This document shows, piece by piece, positions 12,322-25,600 of a stretch of DNA of 64,000 nucleotides. Source of the DNA: Scyliorhinus canicula (Eukaryota); NCBI RefSeq assembly GCF_902713615.1, contig NC_052171.1, forward strand, positions 7,963,209 through 8,027,208, read 5' to 3'. The position numbers and the translations under genes are program-made. The notes under the pieces are model-generated. The model had not been told where the DNA came from, did no database searches, and saw only the letters and a list, made by a program, of their open reading frames with translations. How positions within the stretch are numbered: position 1 is the stretch's first letter; every line of letters begins with the position of its first letter.

Positions 12322-13512
12322 GTGAGTGTCGTATCTCAGCTGTGTATTATCGTTGAGTGTGTCATATCTCAGCTGTATTATCGATGGGTGTGTCGTATCT
12401 CAGCTGTGTATTATAGTTGGGTGTGTCGTATCTCAGCTGTATTATCGATGGGTAAGTGTTGTATCTCAGCTGTGTATTATCGTTGGGTGAGTGTCGTATC
12501 TCAGCTGTATTATCGATAGGTGTCGTATCTCAGCTGTGTATTATCGTTGGGTGAGTGTCGTATCTCAGCTGTGTATTATCGATGGGTGAGTCGTATCTCA
12601 GCTGTGTATTATCGTTGGGTGAGTGTCGTATCTCAGCTGTATTATCGATAGGTGTCGTATCTCAGCTGTGTATTATCGATGGGCGAGTGTCGTATTTCAG
12701 CTGTGTATTATCGATGAGTGTCGTATCACAGCTGTGTATTATTGATGGGTGAGTGTCGTATTTCAGCTGTGTATTATCGATGGGTGAGTGTCGTATTTCA
12801 GCTGTGTATTATCGATGGGTGACGTATCTCAGCTGTGTATTATCGATGGGTGAGTGTCGTATTTCAGCTGTGTATTATCGATGGGTGAGTGTCGTATTTC
12901 AGCTGTGTATTATCGATGGGTGAGTGTCGTATCTCAGCTGTGTATTGTAGATGGGTAAGTGTCGTATCTCAGCTGTGTATTATCGATGGGTGACGTAATT
13001 CAGCTGTATAGTATCGATGGGCGAGTGTTGTATTTTAGCTGTGTATTATCGATGGGTGACGTATTTCAGCTGTGTATTATCGATGGGTGACGTATTTCAG
13101 CTGTGTATTATCGATGGGTGAGTCGTATCTCAGCTGTGTATTATCGATGGGTGACGTATTTCAGCTGTGTATTATCGATGGGTGAGTCGTATCTCAGCTG
13201 TGTATTATCGATGGGTGAGTGTCGTATTTCAGCTGTGTATTATCGATGGGTAAGTGTCGTATTTCAGCTGTGTATTATCGATGGGTGACGTATTTCAGCT
13301 GTGTATTATCGATGGGTGAGTCGTATCTCAGCTGTGTATTATCGATGGGTGAGTGACGTATTTCAGCTGTGTATTATCGATGGGTGACATATTTCAGTTG
13401 TGTATTATCGATGGGTGACGTATTTCAGTTGTGTATTATCGATGGGTGACGTATTTCAGCTGTGTATTATCGATGGGTGACGTATTTCAGCTGTGTATTA
13501 TCGATGGGTGAG
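12322..13512 (+). repeat. ~29-33-bp minisatellite starting at a 5' splice site
   Basis: Unit gtgagtgtcgtatctcagctgtgtattatcgatgg, roughly 37 copies. Confidence 0.95.
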
Positions 13513-13589
13513 TCTCCGGGTCTCTGAGCTCCTCGAAGGATGGAGGTTGATTAGACTGCAGCACAGCCCTGGCATGCACTGTGAACCCC

Positions 13590-13950
13590 AGAATAATGTA
13601 AAAGACTTGTATCTGTCGTTCATGACCACCAGTTGTTGTAAGCACTTTACAACTGATGAAGTACTTTTGAAGTGTTCTCACTGTTGTAAAGTAGGGAGTG
13701 CAGCAGCCAATTTGCGCACAGGAAGCTCCCATAGATTGCCGTATGGTTCTGACCACATAACCTGTTCCGGTGCTGCCAGTCGAGGGATAAACACAAATAA
13801 TTCCCTTGTTCTTCTTCAAAATGGTGCTGGGGTATTTTGATCTTCACCTGAGAGGACACACAGACCTTTGGTTTTAACATGTTATCTGAAAGATACAGCC
13901 TCCAAAGGTGGAGCACTCCTTCCGTACCGCACGGGAATGTCCGCTTAGAA
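13590..13950 (-). mobile_element. DeuSINE-like remnant without array
   Basis: Reverse of a Deu-type body (tcacctgagagg...tttaacatgttatctgaaaga...gcactccttccgtac); recognised from memory. Confidence 0.6.
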
Positions 13951-13964
13951 TTTTGTGCTCGTCG

Positions 13965-14460
13965 AATTTTTTTTTTTAATTGTATTTTATTACAAACATA
14001 TATCAAAACAGGTTACAGCAAATAAACACCACGGGAAACATACTTCCCAACAATCAACTATACAGTCTGTACAGATTTTACCCCTTTTTCACCCCCCCCC
14101 CCATCCGCGATGAACAGCTCCTCAAACACGGTCACAAACACCTTTTCTCAAACTCCCCCTGCCGAGCCCCTTAACTCATACTTTATCTTCTCTAACCGCA
14201 GGAAGTCGTACAGGTCACCCAACCATGCTGCTACCCCCGGGGGCGATGCCGACCCGCCCCTCCAGCAAAATTTGCCGCCGTGCAGTCAGAGAGGCGAAGG
14301 CCAAGACATCGGCCTTCCTCCTCTCCATGAGCTCCGGCTTCTCTGAAACCCCAAAGGGTCTGTGTCCACTCCCTCCTCCACTATCCTGGCTAAGACCACG
14401 AACACTCCCACCCAGAATCTTCCCAATTTTTCAAAACGTCAAAACATGTGCGCGTGATTG
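13965..14460 (-). mobile_element. L1/Tx1-like LINE 3' fragment
   Basis: Poly-T start (poly-A tail on -); HAHMF remnant; similar element at 39040-39690 ([15 protein letters not shown]). Confidence 0.6.
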
Positions 14461-14618
14461 TGCTCAAGTGGAATTTGACCCCACGATCTTCTGATCGGCA
14501 GGGCTTCGGCCAACGTGGAGTGGGGTGCATGAAAAGTGACCATCAGGGGCAAGATGGTAAGGGTCCATAGGGATGGATTACATTCCAAGACTTCATCTTC
14601 GATGTGCTTGTGTTTCAG

Positions 14619-14709
14619 CTTCTTGTGTCTTGTTCCTGACGCAGTGAAGACCTCTGACCTCGTGGCAGGCTGCGGGTACGACACTTATCTTGTGGACGCC
14701 CATCGAATG
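14619..14709 (+). CDS. FHIP2B: FHIP2B exon
   Basis: ttcag|C...ATG|gtaagc; [30 protein letters not shown]; phase 2-0. Confidence 0.9.
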
Positions 14710-15166
14710 GTAAGCTGGCTATATGGTGTACGAGTATGGTTGCGGGTGGGTTGGGAGTTTACGAACTCACTTTGTGGTGTTTTGGAAGTGATACTCAGCA
14801 GCTAGGAGGAAAGTTTACCCTTTCTGTATCAGAGTTGGGACAGCCTCTCCTAGTTACAATACCAACTTATACAGGAAGAAGTCTGACAACACCAGGTTAA
14901 AGTCCAACAGGTTTATTTGGAATCACTAGCTTTCGGAGCGCAGCTCCTTCCTCAGGTGAGTCTTATACGGATCTTATACAGGCTCACCTTGTTAGTTGAC
15001 TCTCCAGTATTGCACGGGGAGATCCACTGTCACTTGTTAGACCTTAATGCCCACTGTCCAGTACTGTAGCTTCAGATTACTCTTCGGTGCACGCTACCAA
15101 AGACATACGGCTACCCGCTGAGGCCAGGTTGAATTTCAAACTCTACACCTTTGCTCCATTCTGCAG

Positions 15167-15310
15167 TTCCAGGGTTGCTGCGTCAATGCCAGGGAATGGA
15201 AGTGGCCACTCGTCCCCAAACATTTGGAAAGCTGCGAGCCCGGCGGGATATTTTACGAAGGCGATTTCCTGAAAGTCCTCTTTGACAGAATGGCACAGAT
15301 CTTGCAGCAG
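15167..15310 (+). CDS. FHIP2B: FHIP2B exon
   Basis: tgcag|TTC...CAG|gtaact; FQGCC...WKWP...FYEGDFLKVLFDRMAQILQQ; phase 0-0. Confidence 0.9.
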
Positions 15311-15545
15311 GTAACTTGCAAACAAAAAGGGCCGATCAAATCTGGGATAGTCGATCATTGCTGCTTTACGATAGCTAGCGGCTGACAGGTTGCAGGATCT
15401 TGTCCCTGACGCATTGCACAATCTATTCAGGTCACAGTCCAAAGCTGTGGCAGTCGTGGCTGAGTGGGTAGCACTCCCTCAGAGTCAGAGGATTGTTGGC
15501 TCAGGTCCCCCTCCAGCGACTTAGATCAAAACCCAGGCCGACGCT

Positions 15546-18500
15546 CACTGTCAGAGGATCAGTACTGAGGGAGTGCTATACTGTCAGAGGGTCAGTACTG
15601 AGGGAGTGCTGCCCTGTCAGAGGGTCAGTACTGAGGGAGTGCCGCACTGTCAGAGGGTCAGTACTGAGGGAGTGACGCACTGTCAGAGGGTCAGTACTGA
15701 GGGAGTGCTGCACTGTCAGAGGGTCAGTACTGAGGGAGTGCCGCACTGTCAGAGGGTCAGTACTGAGGGAGTGCCGCACTGTCAGAGGGTCAGTACTGAG
15801 GGAGCGCCGCGCTGTCAGAGGGTCAGTATTGAGGGAGTGCTGCACTGTCAGAGGGTCAGTACTGAGGGAGTGCTGCACTGTCAGAGGGTCAGTACTGAGC
15901 CTGTGCTGCACTGTCAGAGGGTCAGTACTGAGGGAGTGCCGCACTGTCAGAGGGTCAGGACTGAGGGAGTGCTGCACTGTCAGAGGGTCAGTACTGAGGG
16001 AGTGCCGCACTGTCAGAGGGGCAGTACTGAGGGAGTGCTGCACTGTGAGAGGGTCAGTCCTGAGGGAGTGCTGCACTGTGAGAGGGTCAGTCCTGAGGGA
16101 GTGCTGCACTGTCAGAGGGTCAGTACTGAGAGAGTGCTGCACTGTCAGAGGGTCAGTGCTGAGGGAGTGCCGCACTGTCAGAGGGTCAGTACTGAGGGAG
16201 TGCCGCACTGTCAGAGGGTCAGTACTGAGGGAGTGCCGCACTGTCAGAGTGTCAGTACTGAGGGAGTGCAGCACTGTCAGGGGGTCAGTACTGAGAGAGT
16301 GCTGCACTGTCAGAGGGTCAGTGCTGAGGGAGTGCCGCACTGTCAGAGTGTCAGTACTGAGGGAGTGTTGCACTGTCAGAGGGTCAGTACTGAGGGAGCG
16401 CTGCACTGTCAGAGGGTCAGTACTGAGGGAGCGCTGCACTGTTAGATGTTCAGTACTGAGGGAGTGCCGCACTGTCAGAGGGTCAGTACTGGGGGACTGC
16501 AGCACTGTCAGAGGGTCAGTACTGAGGGAGTGCCGCACTGTCAGAGGGTCAGTACTGAGGGAGTGCCGCACTGTCAGAGGGTCAGTACTGAGGGAGTCCT
16601 GCACTGTCAGAAGGTCAGTGCTGAGGGAGTGCTGCACTGTCAGAGGGTCAGTACTGAGGGAGTGCTGCACTGTCAGCGGGTCAGTACTGAGGGAGTGCTG
16701 CACTGTCAGAGGGTCAGTACTGAGGGAGTGCCGCATTGCCAGACGGTCAGTACTGAGGGAGTGCTGCACTGTCAGAGGGTCAGTACTGAGAGAGTGCTGC
16801 ACTGTCAGGGGGTCAGTACTGAGGGAGTGCCGCATTGTCAGACGGTCAGTACTGAGGGAGTGCTGCACTGTCAGAGGGTCAGTACTGAGGGAGCGCTGCA
16901 CTGTCAGAGGGTCAGTACTGAGGGAGCGCTGCACTGTTAGATGTTCAGTACTGAGGGAGTGCCGCACTGTCAGAGGGTCAGTACTGGGGGAGTGCAGCAC
17001 TGTCAGAGGGTCAGTACTGAGGGAGTGCCGCACTATCAGAGGGTCAGTACTGAGGGAGTGCCGCACTGTCAGAGGGTCAGTACTGAGGGAGTCCTGCACT
17101 GTCAGAAGGTCAGTGCTGAGGGAGTGCTGCACTGTCAGAGGGTCAGTACTGAGGGAGTGCTGCACTGTCAGCGGGTCAGTACTGAGGGAGTGCTGCACTG
17201 TCAGAGGGTCAGTACTGAGGGAGTGCCGCATTGCCAGACGGTCAGTACTGAGGGAGTGCCGCACTGTCAGAGGGTCAGTACTGAGGGAGCGCCGCGCTGT
17301 CAGAGGGTCAGTATTGAGGGAGTGCTGCACTGTCAGAGGGTCAGTACTGAGGGAGTGCTGCACTGTCAGAGGGTCAGTACTGAGCCTGTGCTGCACTGTC
17401 AGAGGGTCAGTACTGAGGGAGTGCCGCACTGTCAGAGGGTCAGTACTGAGGGAGTGCTGCACTGTCAGAGGGTCAGTACTGAGGGAGTGCCGCACTGTCA
17501 GAGGGGCAGTACTGAGGGAGTGCTGCACTGTGAGAGGGTCAGTCCTGAGGGAGTGCTGCACTGTGAGAGGGTCAGTCCTGAGGGAGTGCTGCACTGTCAG
17601 AGGGTCAGTACTGAGGGAGTGCTGCACTGTCAGAGGGTCAGTACTGAGGGAGTGCCGCACTGTCAGAGGGTCAGTACTGAGGGAGTGCTGCACTGCCAGA
17701 GGGTCAGTACTGAGGGAGTGCAGCACTGTCAGGGGGTCAGTACTGAGAGAGTCAGTACTGAGAGAGTGCTGCACTGTCAGAGGGTCAGTGCTGAGGGAGT
17801 GCCGCACTGTCAGAGGGTCAGTACTGAGGGAGTGCCGCACTGTCAGAGGGTCAGTACTGAGGGAGTGCTGCACTGTCAGAGGGTCAGTACTGAGGGAGCG
17901 CTGCACTGTCAGAGGGTCAGTACTGAGGGAGCGCTGCACTGTTAGATGTTCAGTACTGAGGGAGTGCCGCACTGTCAGAGGGTCAGTACTGGGGGAGTGC
18001 AGCACTGTCAGAGGGTCAGTACTGAGGGAGTGCCGCACTATCAGAGGGTCAGTACTGAGGGAGTGCCGCACTGTCAGAGGGTCAGTACTGAGGGAGTCCT
18101 GCACTGTCAGAAGGTCAGTGCTGAGGGAGTGCTGCACTGTCAGAGGGTCAGTACTGAGGGAGTGCTGCACTGTCAGCGGGTCAGTACTGAGGGAGTGCTG
18201 CACTGTCAGAGGGTCAGTACTGAGGGAGTGCCGCATTGCCAGACGGTCAGTACTGAGGGAGTGCTGCACTGTCAGAGGGTCAGTACTGAGAGAGTGCTGC
18301 ACTGTCAGAGGGTCAGTACTGAGGGAGTGCCGCATTGTCAGACGGTCAGTACTGAGGGAGTGCTGCACTGACAGAGGCTCAGTATTGAGGGAGTGCTGCA
18401 CTGTCAGAGGGTCAGTACTGATGGAGTGCTGCATGTCAGAGGGTCAGTACTGAGGGAGTGCTGCACTGTCAGAGGGTCAGTACTGAGGGAGTGCTGCACT

Positions 18501-18765
18501 GTCAGAGGGTCAGTACTGAGGGAGTGCTGCACTGTCAGAGGGTCAGTACTGAGGGAGTGCCGCACTGTCAGAGAGTCAGCACTGAGGGAGTGCTGCACTG
18601 TCAGAGGGTCAGTACTGAGGGAGTGCTGCACTGTCAGAGGGTCAGTACTGAGGGAGTGCCGCACTGTCAGAGGGTCAGTACTGAGGGAGCGCCGCACTGT
18701 CAGAGGGTCAGTACTGAGGGAGTGCTGCACTGTCAGAGGCTCAGTATTGAGGGAGTGCTGCCCTG
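15546..18765 (+). repeat. 33-bp minisatellite (~97 copies) inside a DeuSINE-like element
   Basis: Unit cactgtcagagggtcagtactgagggagtgctg. Confidence 0.97.
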
Positions 18766-19378
18766 TTGGAGGTCAGGTGAGATATAAAACAAACTCCTCA
18801 CTTGCCCTCTGAAAAGATCGCTGAGCACTAATTAAAGAAGAGGGGAGTTCTTTTAACTCCAAAGAACAGATGATTTGGTTATTATTGCATTCTGGGATCT
18901 TACTGGGCACAAATTAGCTTTCAGAGAGAGGACGTCATTGGCTGGGAGGCACTTTGGGACACCCTGATGTCTTGAGAGATGCAATAAAAATTCGATCTCG
19001 CTTCCTCTGGGATGTTGGGTGTCTCTCCACAGGGCTGCCGAAGGGTGACTATCACTGAATTTCTACTGATCGAGAACAATTCACACTCATTACTTCCTTA
19101 AAGTAGAAAAAAAGATACCACAAAAGACTATGAAAAAGCGATAGTGCGGCTGACTACTCGCTTGAGGGAAGGGGTAGACGGTTGGTAGGATGAGCGGTGA
19201 GAGATGGGGAGGTTTAGGAATCTGAGGTGACAGTGAGCACGATCAGATATTTCATTACTATTGCTTAACTACTGCACAAATGCTTATTAGGTCTGCATTC
19301 AATTCCTCTCCCTGTCCTTAAATTTCTGTTTGAACAAAATTGCATCCACGTGATTGCGTTGAAACATTATGCTCTTAA

Positions 19379-19615
<237 letters not shown>

Positions 19616-19740
19616 TAAACCGACAGCGGTAGTCGTTACAGAAGCAGACGGTACGCAGCTGAGGGAGTGAACGGAATGGTCCCGCACGCAATGGGCTGAC
19701 AAACTGAATTTAAACATGAACTGTTAAAAAGCCCAACGGA

Positions 19741-19960
19741 GGGGCAGCACGGTGGCGCAGTGGGTTAGCATTGATGCCTCACGGCGCCGGGGTCCCAGGT
19801 TCGATCCTGGCCCAGGGTCATCGTCCGTGTGGAGTTTGCACATTCTCCCTGTGTCTGCGTGGGTCTCGCCCCCACAACCCAAAGATGTGCAGGGTAGGTG
19901 GATTGGCCCGTGCGAAACTGCCCCGGAATTGGAAAAAATGAATTGGGTAATCTAAATTTT
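19741..19960 (+). mobile_element. HE1-like SINE with target-site duplication
   Basis: Flanked by ttaaaaagcccaacgga at ~19724 and ~19964. Confidence 0.85.
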
Positions 19961-20249
19961 CTTTTAAAAAGCCCAACGGAAGGTCTCTCCCGACACCTCG
20001 ACTGGGTCTGGCCTGCATGTGACTCCAGTCCTCCCTCCCCCCCCCCCCCCCCCCCCCCCCTCTTCGTACCCGTCTGGGGCAATAAATCTCCGATGCGCCA
20101 GCGTCGCCCACTTCCGGAGGATGATCGCGGTGTCATGGCACCGCCTGCCATCTGGCGAGAGTGACGACTGGGAGAAGTGGGAATGGAGAGCGCTCGTCCG
20201 ACCCTCCGAATCCCTCATCCTCACAAGATTAGTCGACTGTTTTGTTTTA

Positions 20250-20886
20250 TATATTTAGAGTAGCCAATTGGTTTTTTTCCAATTAAGGTGCAATTTAGTG
20301 TGGCCAATCCACCTGCCCTTTGAGGTTTATTTGCGTGGGGAGCTACGCAGACACGGGCAGAATGTGCAAATTCCACACGGGCAGTGACCCGGGACCGGGA
20401 TCGAACCCGGGTCCTTGGCGCCGTGAGGCAGCGGTGCTAACCACTGTGCCACCATGCCGCCCGTGGGTGCATGCACACGAGGACTGCAGCGGTTCAAGAA
20501 TCACCACCCTCCTGTCCCAAGAGCAAATAATAAAAGAAAATCAGTTTTTTTTAAATAGAATTTACAGTGCAGGAAGCCATTCGGCCCATCAAGTCTGCAC
20601 CGGCTCTTGGAAAGAGCACCCTACCCAAGGTTAACACCTCCACCCCATCCCCACAACCCAGCAACCCCAAGTGCAATTTTGGACACTAAGGGCAATTTAT
20701 AATGGCCAATCCACCTAACCTACACATCTTTGGACTGTGGGGGGAAACCGGAGCACCCGGAGGAAACCCACACACACACGGGGAGGATGTGCAGACTCCG
20801 CACAGACAGTGACCCAGCCGGGAACCGAACCTGGGACCCTGGAGCTGTGAAGCGATTGTGCTATCCACAATGCTACCGTGCTGCCC
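20250..20886 (-). mobile_element. Two reverse SINE copies (20250-20462, 20557-20886)
   Basis: Reverse-complement V cores and tRNA heads. Confidence 0.8.
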
Positions 20887-20950
20887 ATGATAAGTTGATT
20901 CCTTGAAAGGTCCCTGTTCTTAAAACAGGTCACCCACTGCACTGTTGTGA

Positions 20951-21076
<126 letters not shown>

Positions 21077-21684
21077 TAAGTAACAGGGAATCGTTTTTGT
21101 ATCTTCCTGATATTCAGCAAGTTGTGCGTCTTCGCATTGTTACAGTTATTATCAAAGAGCTGTGTCGAAGGAAGCATTTCTCAATTGACTGAATTTACCG
21201 ACACTGAACGGGCGTGAAAATATGCTCCACATCTTCGCGTCAAAAGATTTGCTTCAATTTGTTCAGTTGTCGAGTTTATTAAACCACACCGGTGCACAAC
21301 TTGCCATTGAGGATGGTTTGTGACTGGGAGTTCTCTTTGAAACCTCTACGTTGCCATGCACGGCGTGATATGCTTGAGTCTGCAAAGCTCGGAGCTACTG
21401 ATCAAGCCTCCTCCTGTGTGGCTGCCAAGTTTGCAAATCCCTTCCCTGCTGAACCTCTCCTCTCGGTCTGTAGCCCCCCCCAACTTTTCCACTCAAAATT
21501 TCCAGATCCCGTCCTTCAGTTGAATGTCCACTCTGGGGCAGTTTTGAGCTGCTGGCGAGGGAGATGGCTTGTGCCGTTGCAGATTAAGCTACCGCCGGGG
21601 TTAATCGCAAGCAAGGGCGGGAGAGGGGGGTCAGTCGAATTTTAAATCTGGTGCTGTGCGTCACCGTCTTCAAATCTTTGCTGA

Positions 21685-21813
<129 letters not shown>

Positions 21814-22528
21814 ACTCGGACCGGCCGCAGTGCCTTCTCTCAAGAGACCACTGGACTGACACTGGACATTGTACACGTGTGTCCAGCCCACTGCCCTGGA
21901 CAATCCGTCCCTCTTCAGTTTTCTGTTTTAGGTTGAACTGAGGGTGATCGTCACGGTGAGGGACTTTTCTTCTCCCCCCGACCCCCCCCCCCCCCCCCCC
22001 CCGACTCCCACCTTAAATTTGGGAGCCGTGGCACCCGGAATGGTGTGGGAACGACCGGGGAGGGGGGGAAAGGGGGCGTTGATTGCCTATTCCTGTCGGC
22101 GGAACGAAAAGCCTGTCAACGCAGAGGTTAGAATCCGAAGTGCTGCCCCCCCCTTCTGGACAGCCCCCCTCCCCCCCCCCCCCCCCCCCCGATTCCTGTC
22201 CTGTTTCTGCTGTACACTTGTCTGTGGCTCACAGCCCATTGTTAGGTCTGTCACTGTTTTCAAATAATTCATGATGCGAAACGTTTTGAACGTTTCAATG
22301 GTGAGAGGGTTGCACAATTGCAAGTTTTTATTTATGTGTAAAGATGAGCGAATCATATGAGCGTACTGTTATTGTTTGTAGATAGACTTCGATGCGAGGA
22401 AGTGGGTGCTTTTTAAATTAACTACTTGTTTAGTGAATGACTCCCTTGTCTCAAGGGGAAGTTGGTGTTGTGGTTTGATCACAGCCTGTAACATCAGCTG
22501 CTGGTAGCTACCAAAATTTTATTTTGTG

Positions 22529-22534
22529 ATTAAA
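22529..22534 (+). terminator. Candidate poly(A) signal ATTAAA for FHIP2B
   Basis: ATTAAA after a U-rich stretch, followed by GU-rich sequence, just before the satellite array. Confidence 0.45.
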
Positions 22535-22616
22535 TGGAAAAGGTTGAATGTCTGTCGTGCTGTGTTTAAAGGATTTTTGTGGACTGTGCTGAAAAGGGAC
22601 TCGAGACACTGCTGAC

Positions 22617-25600
22617 CAGTCAGAGGGGCAGGGCTGAGGGAGCACCGCGCTGTCATCGGGCAGGGGCTGAGGGAGCACCGTGCTGTCATCGGGCAGGGAC
22701 TGAGTGAGCACCGCGCTGTCATCGGGCAGGGACTGAGGGAGCACCGTGCTGTCATCGGGCAGGGGCAGGGACTGAGGGAGCACCGTGCTGTCATCGGGCA
22801 GGGACTGAGGGAGCACCGCGCTGTCATCGGGCAGGGACTGAGGGAGCACCGTGCTGTCATCGGGCAGGGGCAGGGACTGAGGGAGCACCGCGCTGTCATC
22901 GGGCAGGGACTGAGGGAGCACCGCACTGTCATCGGGCAGGGACTGAGGGAGCACCGTGCTGTCATCGGGCAGGGGCAGGGACTGAGGGAGCACCGCGCTG
23001 TCATCAGGCAGGGACTGAGGGAGCACCGTGCTGTCATCGGGCAGGGACTGAGGGAGCACCGCGCTGTCATCGGGCAGGGACTGAGGGAGCACCGCACTGT
23101 CATCGGGCAGGGACTGAGTGAGCACCGCGCTGTCATCGGGCAGGGACTGAGGGAGCACCGCGCTGTCATCGGGCAGGGGCTGAGGGAGCACCGCACTGTC
23201 ATCAGGCAGGGGCAGGGACTGAGGGAGCACCGCACTGTCATGGGGCAGGGACTGAGGGAGCACCGCACTGTCATCAGGCAGGGGCAGGGACTGAGGGAGC
23301 ACCGCGCTGTCATCGGGCAGGGACTGAGGGAGCACCGCACTGTCATCAGGCAGGGGCAGGGGCTGAGGGAGCACCGCGCTGTCATGGGGCAGGGACTGAG
23401 GGAGCACTGCGCTGTCATGGGGCAGGTACTGAGGGAGCACCGCGCTGTCATGGGGCAGGGACTGAGGGAGCACCGTGCTGTCATCGGGCAGGGGCAGGGA
23501 CTGAGGGAGCACCGTGCTGTCATCGGGCAGGGACTGAGGGAGCACCGCGCTGTCATCGGGCAGGGACTGAGGGAGCACCGCACTGTCATCGGGCAGGGAC
23601 TGAGTGAGCACCGCGCTGTCATCGGGCAGGGACTGAGGGAGCACCGCGCTGTCATCGGGCAGGGGCTGAGGGAGCACCGCACTGTCATCAGGCAGGGGCA
23701 GGGACTGAGGGAGCACCGCACTGTCATGGGGCAGGGACTGAGGGAGCACCGCGCTGTCATCGGGCAGGGACTGAGGGAGCACCGCACTGTCATCAGGCAG
23801 GGGCAGGGGCTGAGGGAGCACCGCGCTGTCATGGGGCAGGGACTGAGGGAGCACTGCGCTGTCATGGGGCAGGTACTGAGGGAGCACCGCGCTGTCATGG
23901 GGCAGGGACTGAGGGAGCATCGCACTGTCATCGGGCAGGGACTGAGGGAGCACCGCGCTGTCATCGGGCAGGGACTGAAGGACTGAGGGAGCACCGTGCT
24001 GTCATCGGGCAGGGACTGAGGGAGCACCGCGCTGTCATCGGGCAGGGACTGAGTGAGCACCGCACTGTCATCGGGCAGGGGCTGAGGGAGCACCGCGCTG
24101 TCATCGGGCAGGGACTGAGGGAGCACCGCACTGTCATCGGGCAGGGACTGAGTGAGCACCGCGCTGTCATCGGGCAGGGACTGAGGGAGCACCGCACTGT
24201 CATCGGGCAGGGACTGAGGGAGCACCGCACTGTCATCGGGCAGGGACTGAGGAAGCACCGTGCAGTCATCGGGCAGGGCCAGGGACTGAGGGAGCATCGC
24301 ACTGTCATCGGGCAGGGACTGAGGGAGCACCGCGCTGTCATCGGGCAGGGACTGAGGGAGCACCGCGCTGTCATCGGGCAGGGGCAGGGACTGAGGGAGC
24401 ACCGCGCTGTCATCGGGCAGGGACTGAGGGAGCACCGCACTGTCATCGGGCAGGGGCTGAGTGAGCACCGCGCCGTCATCGGGCAGGGACTGAGGGAGCA
24501 CCGCACTGTCATCGGGCAGGGACTGAGGGAAGCACCGCACTGTCATCAGGCAGGGGCAGGGACTGAGGGAGCACCGTACTGTCATCGGGCAGGGACTGAG
24601 GGAGTACCGAGCTGTCATCGGGCAGGGACTGAGGGAGCACCGCGCTGTCATCGGGCAGGGACTGAGGGAGCACCGTACTGTCATCGGGCAGGGACTGAGG
24701 GAGCACCGCACTGTCATCGGGCAGGGGCAGGGACTGAGGGAGCACCGTACTGTCATCGGGCAGGGGCTGAGGGAGCACCGCACTGTCATCGGGCAGGGAC
24801 TGAGGGAGCACCGTACTGTCATCGGGCAGGGACTGAGGGAGCACCGCGCTGTCATCGGGCAGGGACTGAGGGAGCACCGCACTGTCATCGGGCAGGGACT
24901 GAGGGAGCACCGCACTGTCATCGGGCAGGGGCTGAGGGAGCACCGTGCTGTCATCGGGCAGGGACTGAGGGAGCACCGCGCTGTCATCGGGCAGGGACTG
25001 AGTGAGCACCGCACTGTCATCGGGCAGGGGCTGAGGGAGCACCGCGCTGTCATCGGGCAGGGGCTGAGGGAGCACCGCACTGTCATCGGACAGGGGCAGG
25101 GACTGAGGGAGCATTGCGCTGTCATCGGGCAGGGACTGAGGGAGCATCGCACTGTCATCGGGCAGGGGCAGGGACTGAGGGAGCACCGCACTGTCATCGG
25201 GCAGGGGCAGGGACTGAGGGAGCACCGCACTGTCATCGGGCAGGGACTGAGGGAGCACCGCGCTGTCATCGGGCAGTGACTGAGGGAGCACCGCGCTGTC
25301 ATCGGGCAGGGACTGAGGGAGCACCGCACTGTCATCGGGCAGGGGCTGAGGGACTGAGGGAGCACCGCACTGTCATCGGGCAGGGGCTGAGGGACTGAGG
25401 GAGCACCGCACTGTCATCGGGCAGGGACTGAGGGAGCACCGCGCTGTCATCAGGCAGGGGCTGAGGGAGCACCGCACTGTCATCGGGCAGGGGCTGAGGG
25501 AGCACCGTACTGTCATCGGGCAGGGACTGAGGGAGCACCACGCTGTCATCGGGCAGGGACTGAGGGAGCACCGCGCTGTCATCGGGCAGGGACTGAGGGA

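Noticed and set aside
12322-13512. CRISPR-like regular repeats
   Set aside because: No unique spacers and no cas genes, in a vertebrate intron; this applies to every array in the window.
15573-18812. ORFs up to 952 aa (HCQRVSTEGV / TVRGSVLREC repeats)
   Set aside because: Translations of an intronic 33-bp satellite, open in several frames on both strands; the same applies to 44505-45890 and 50862-52071.
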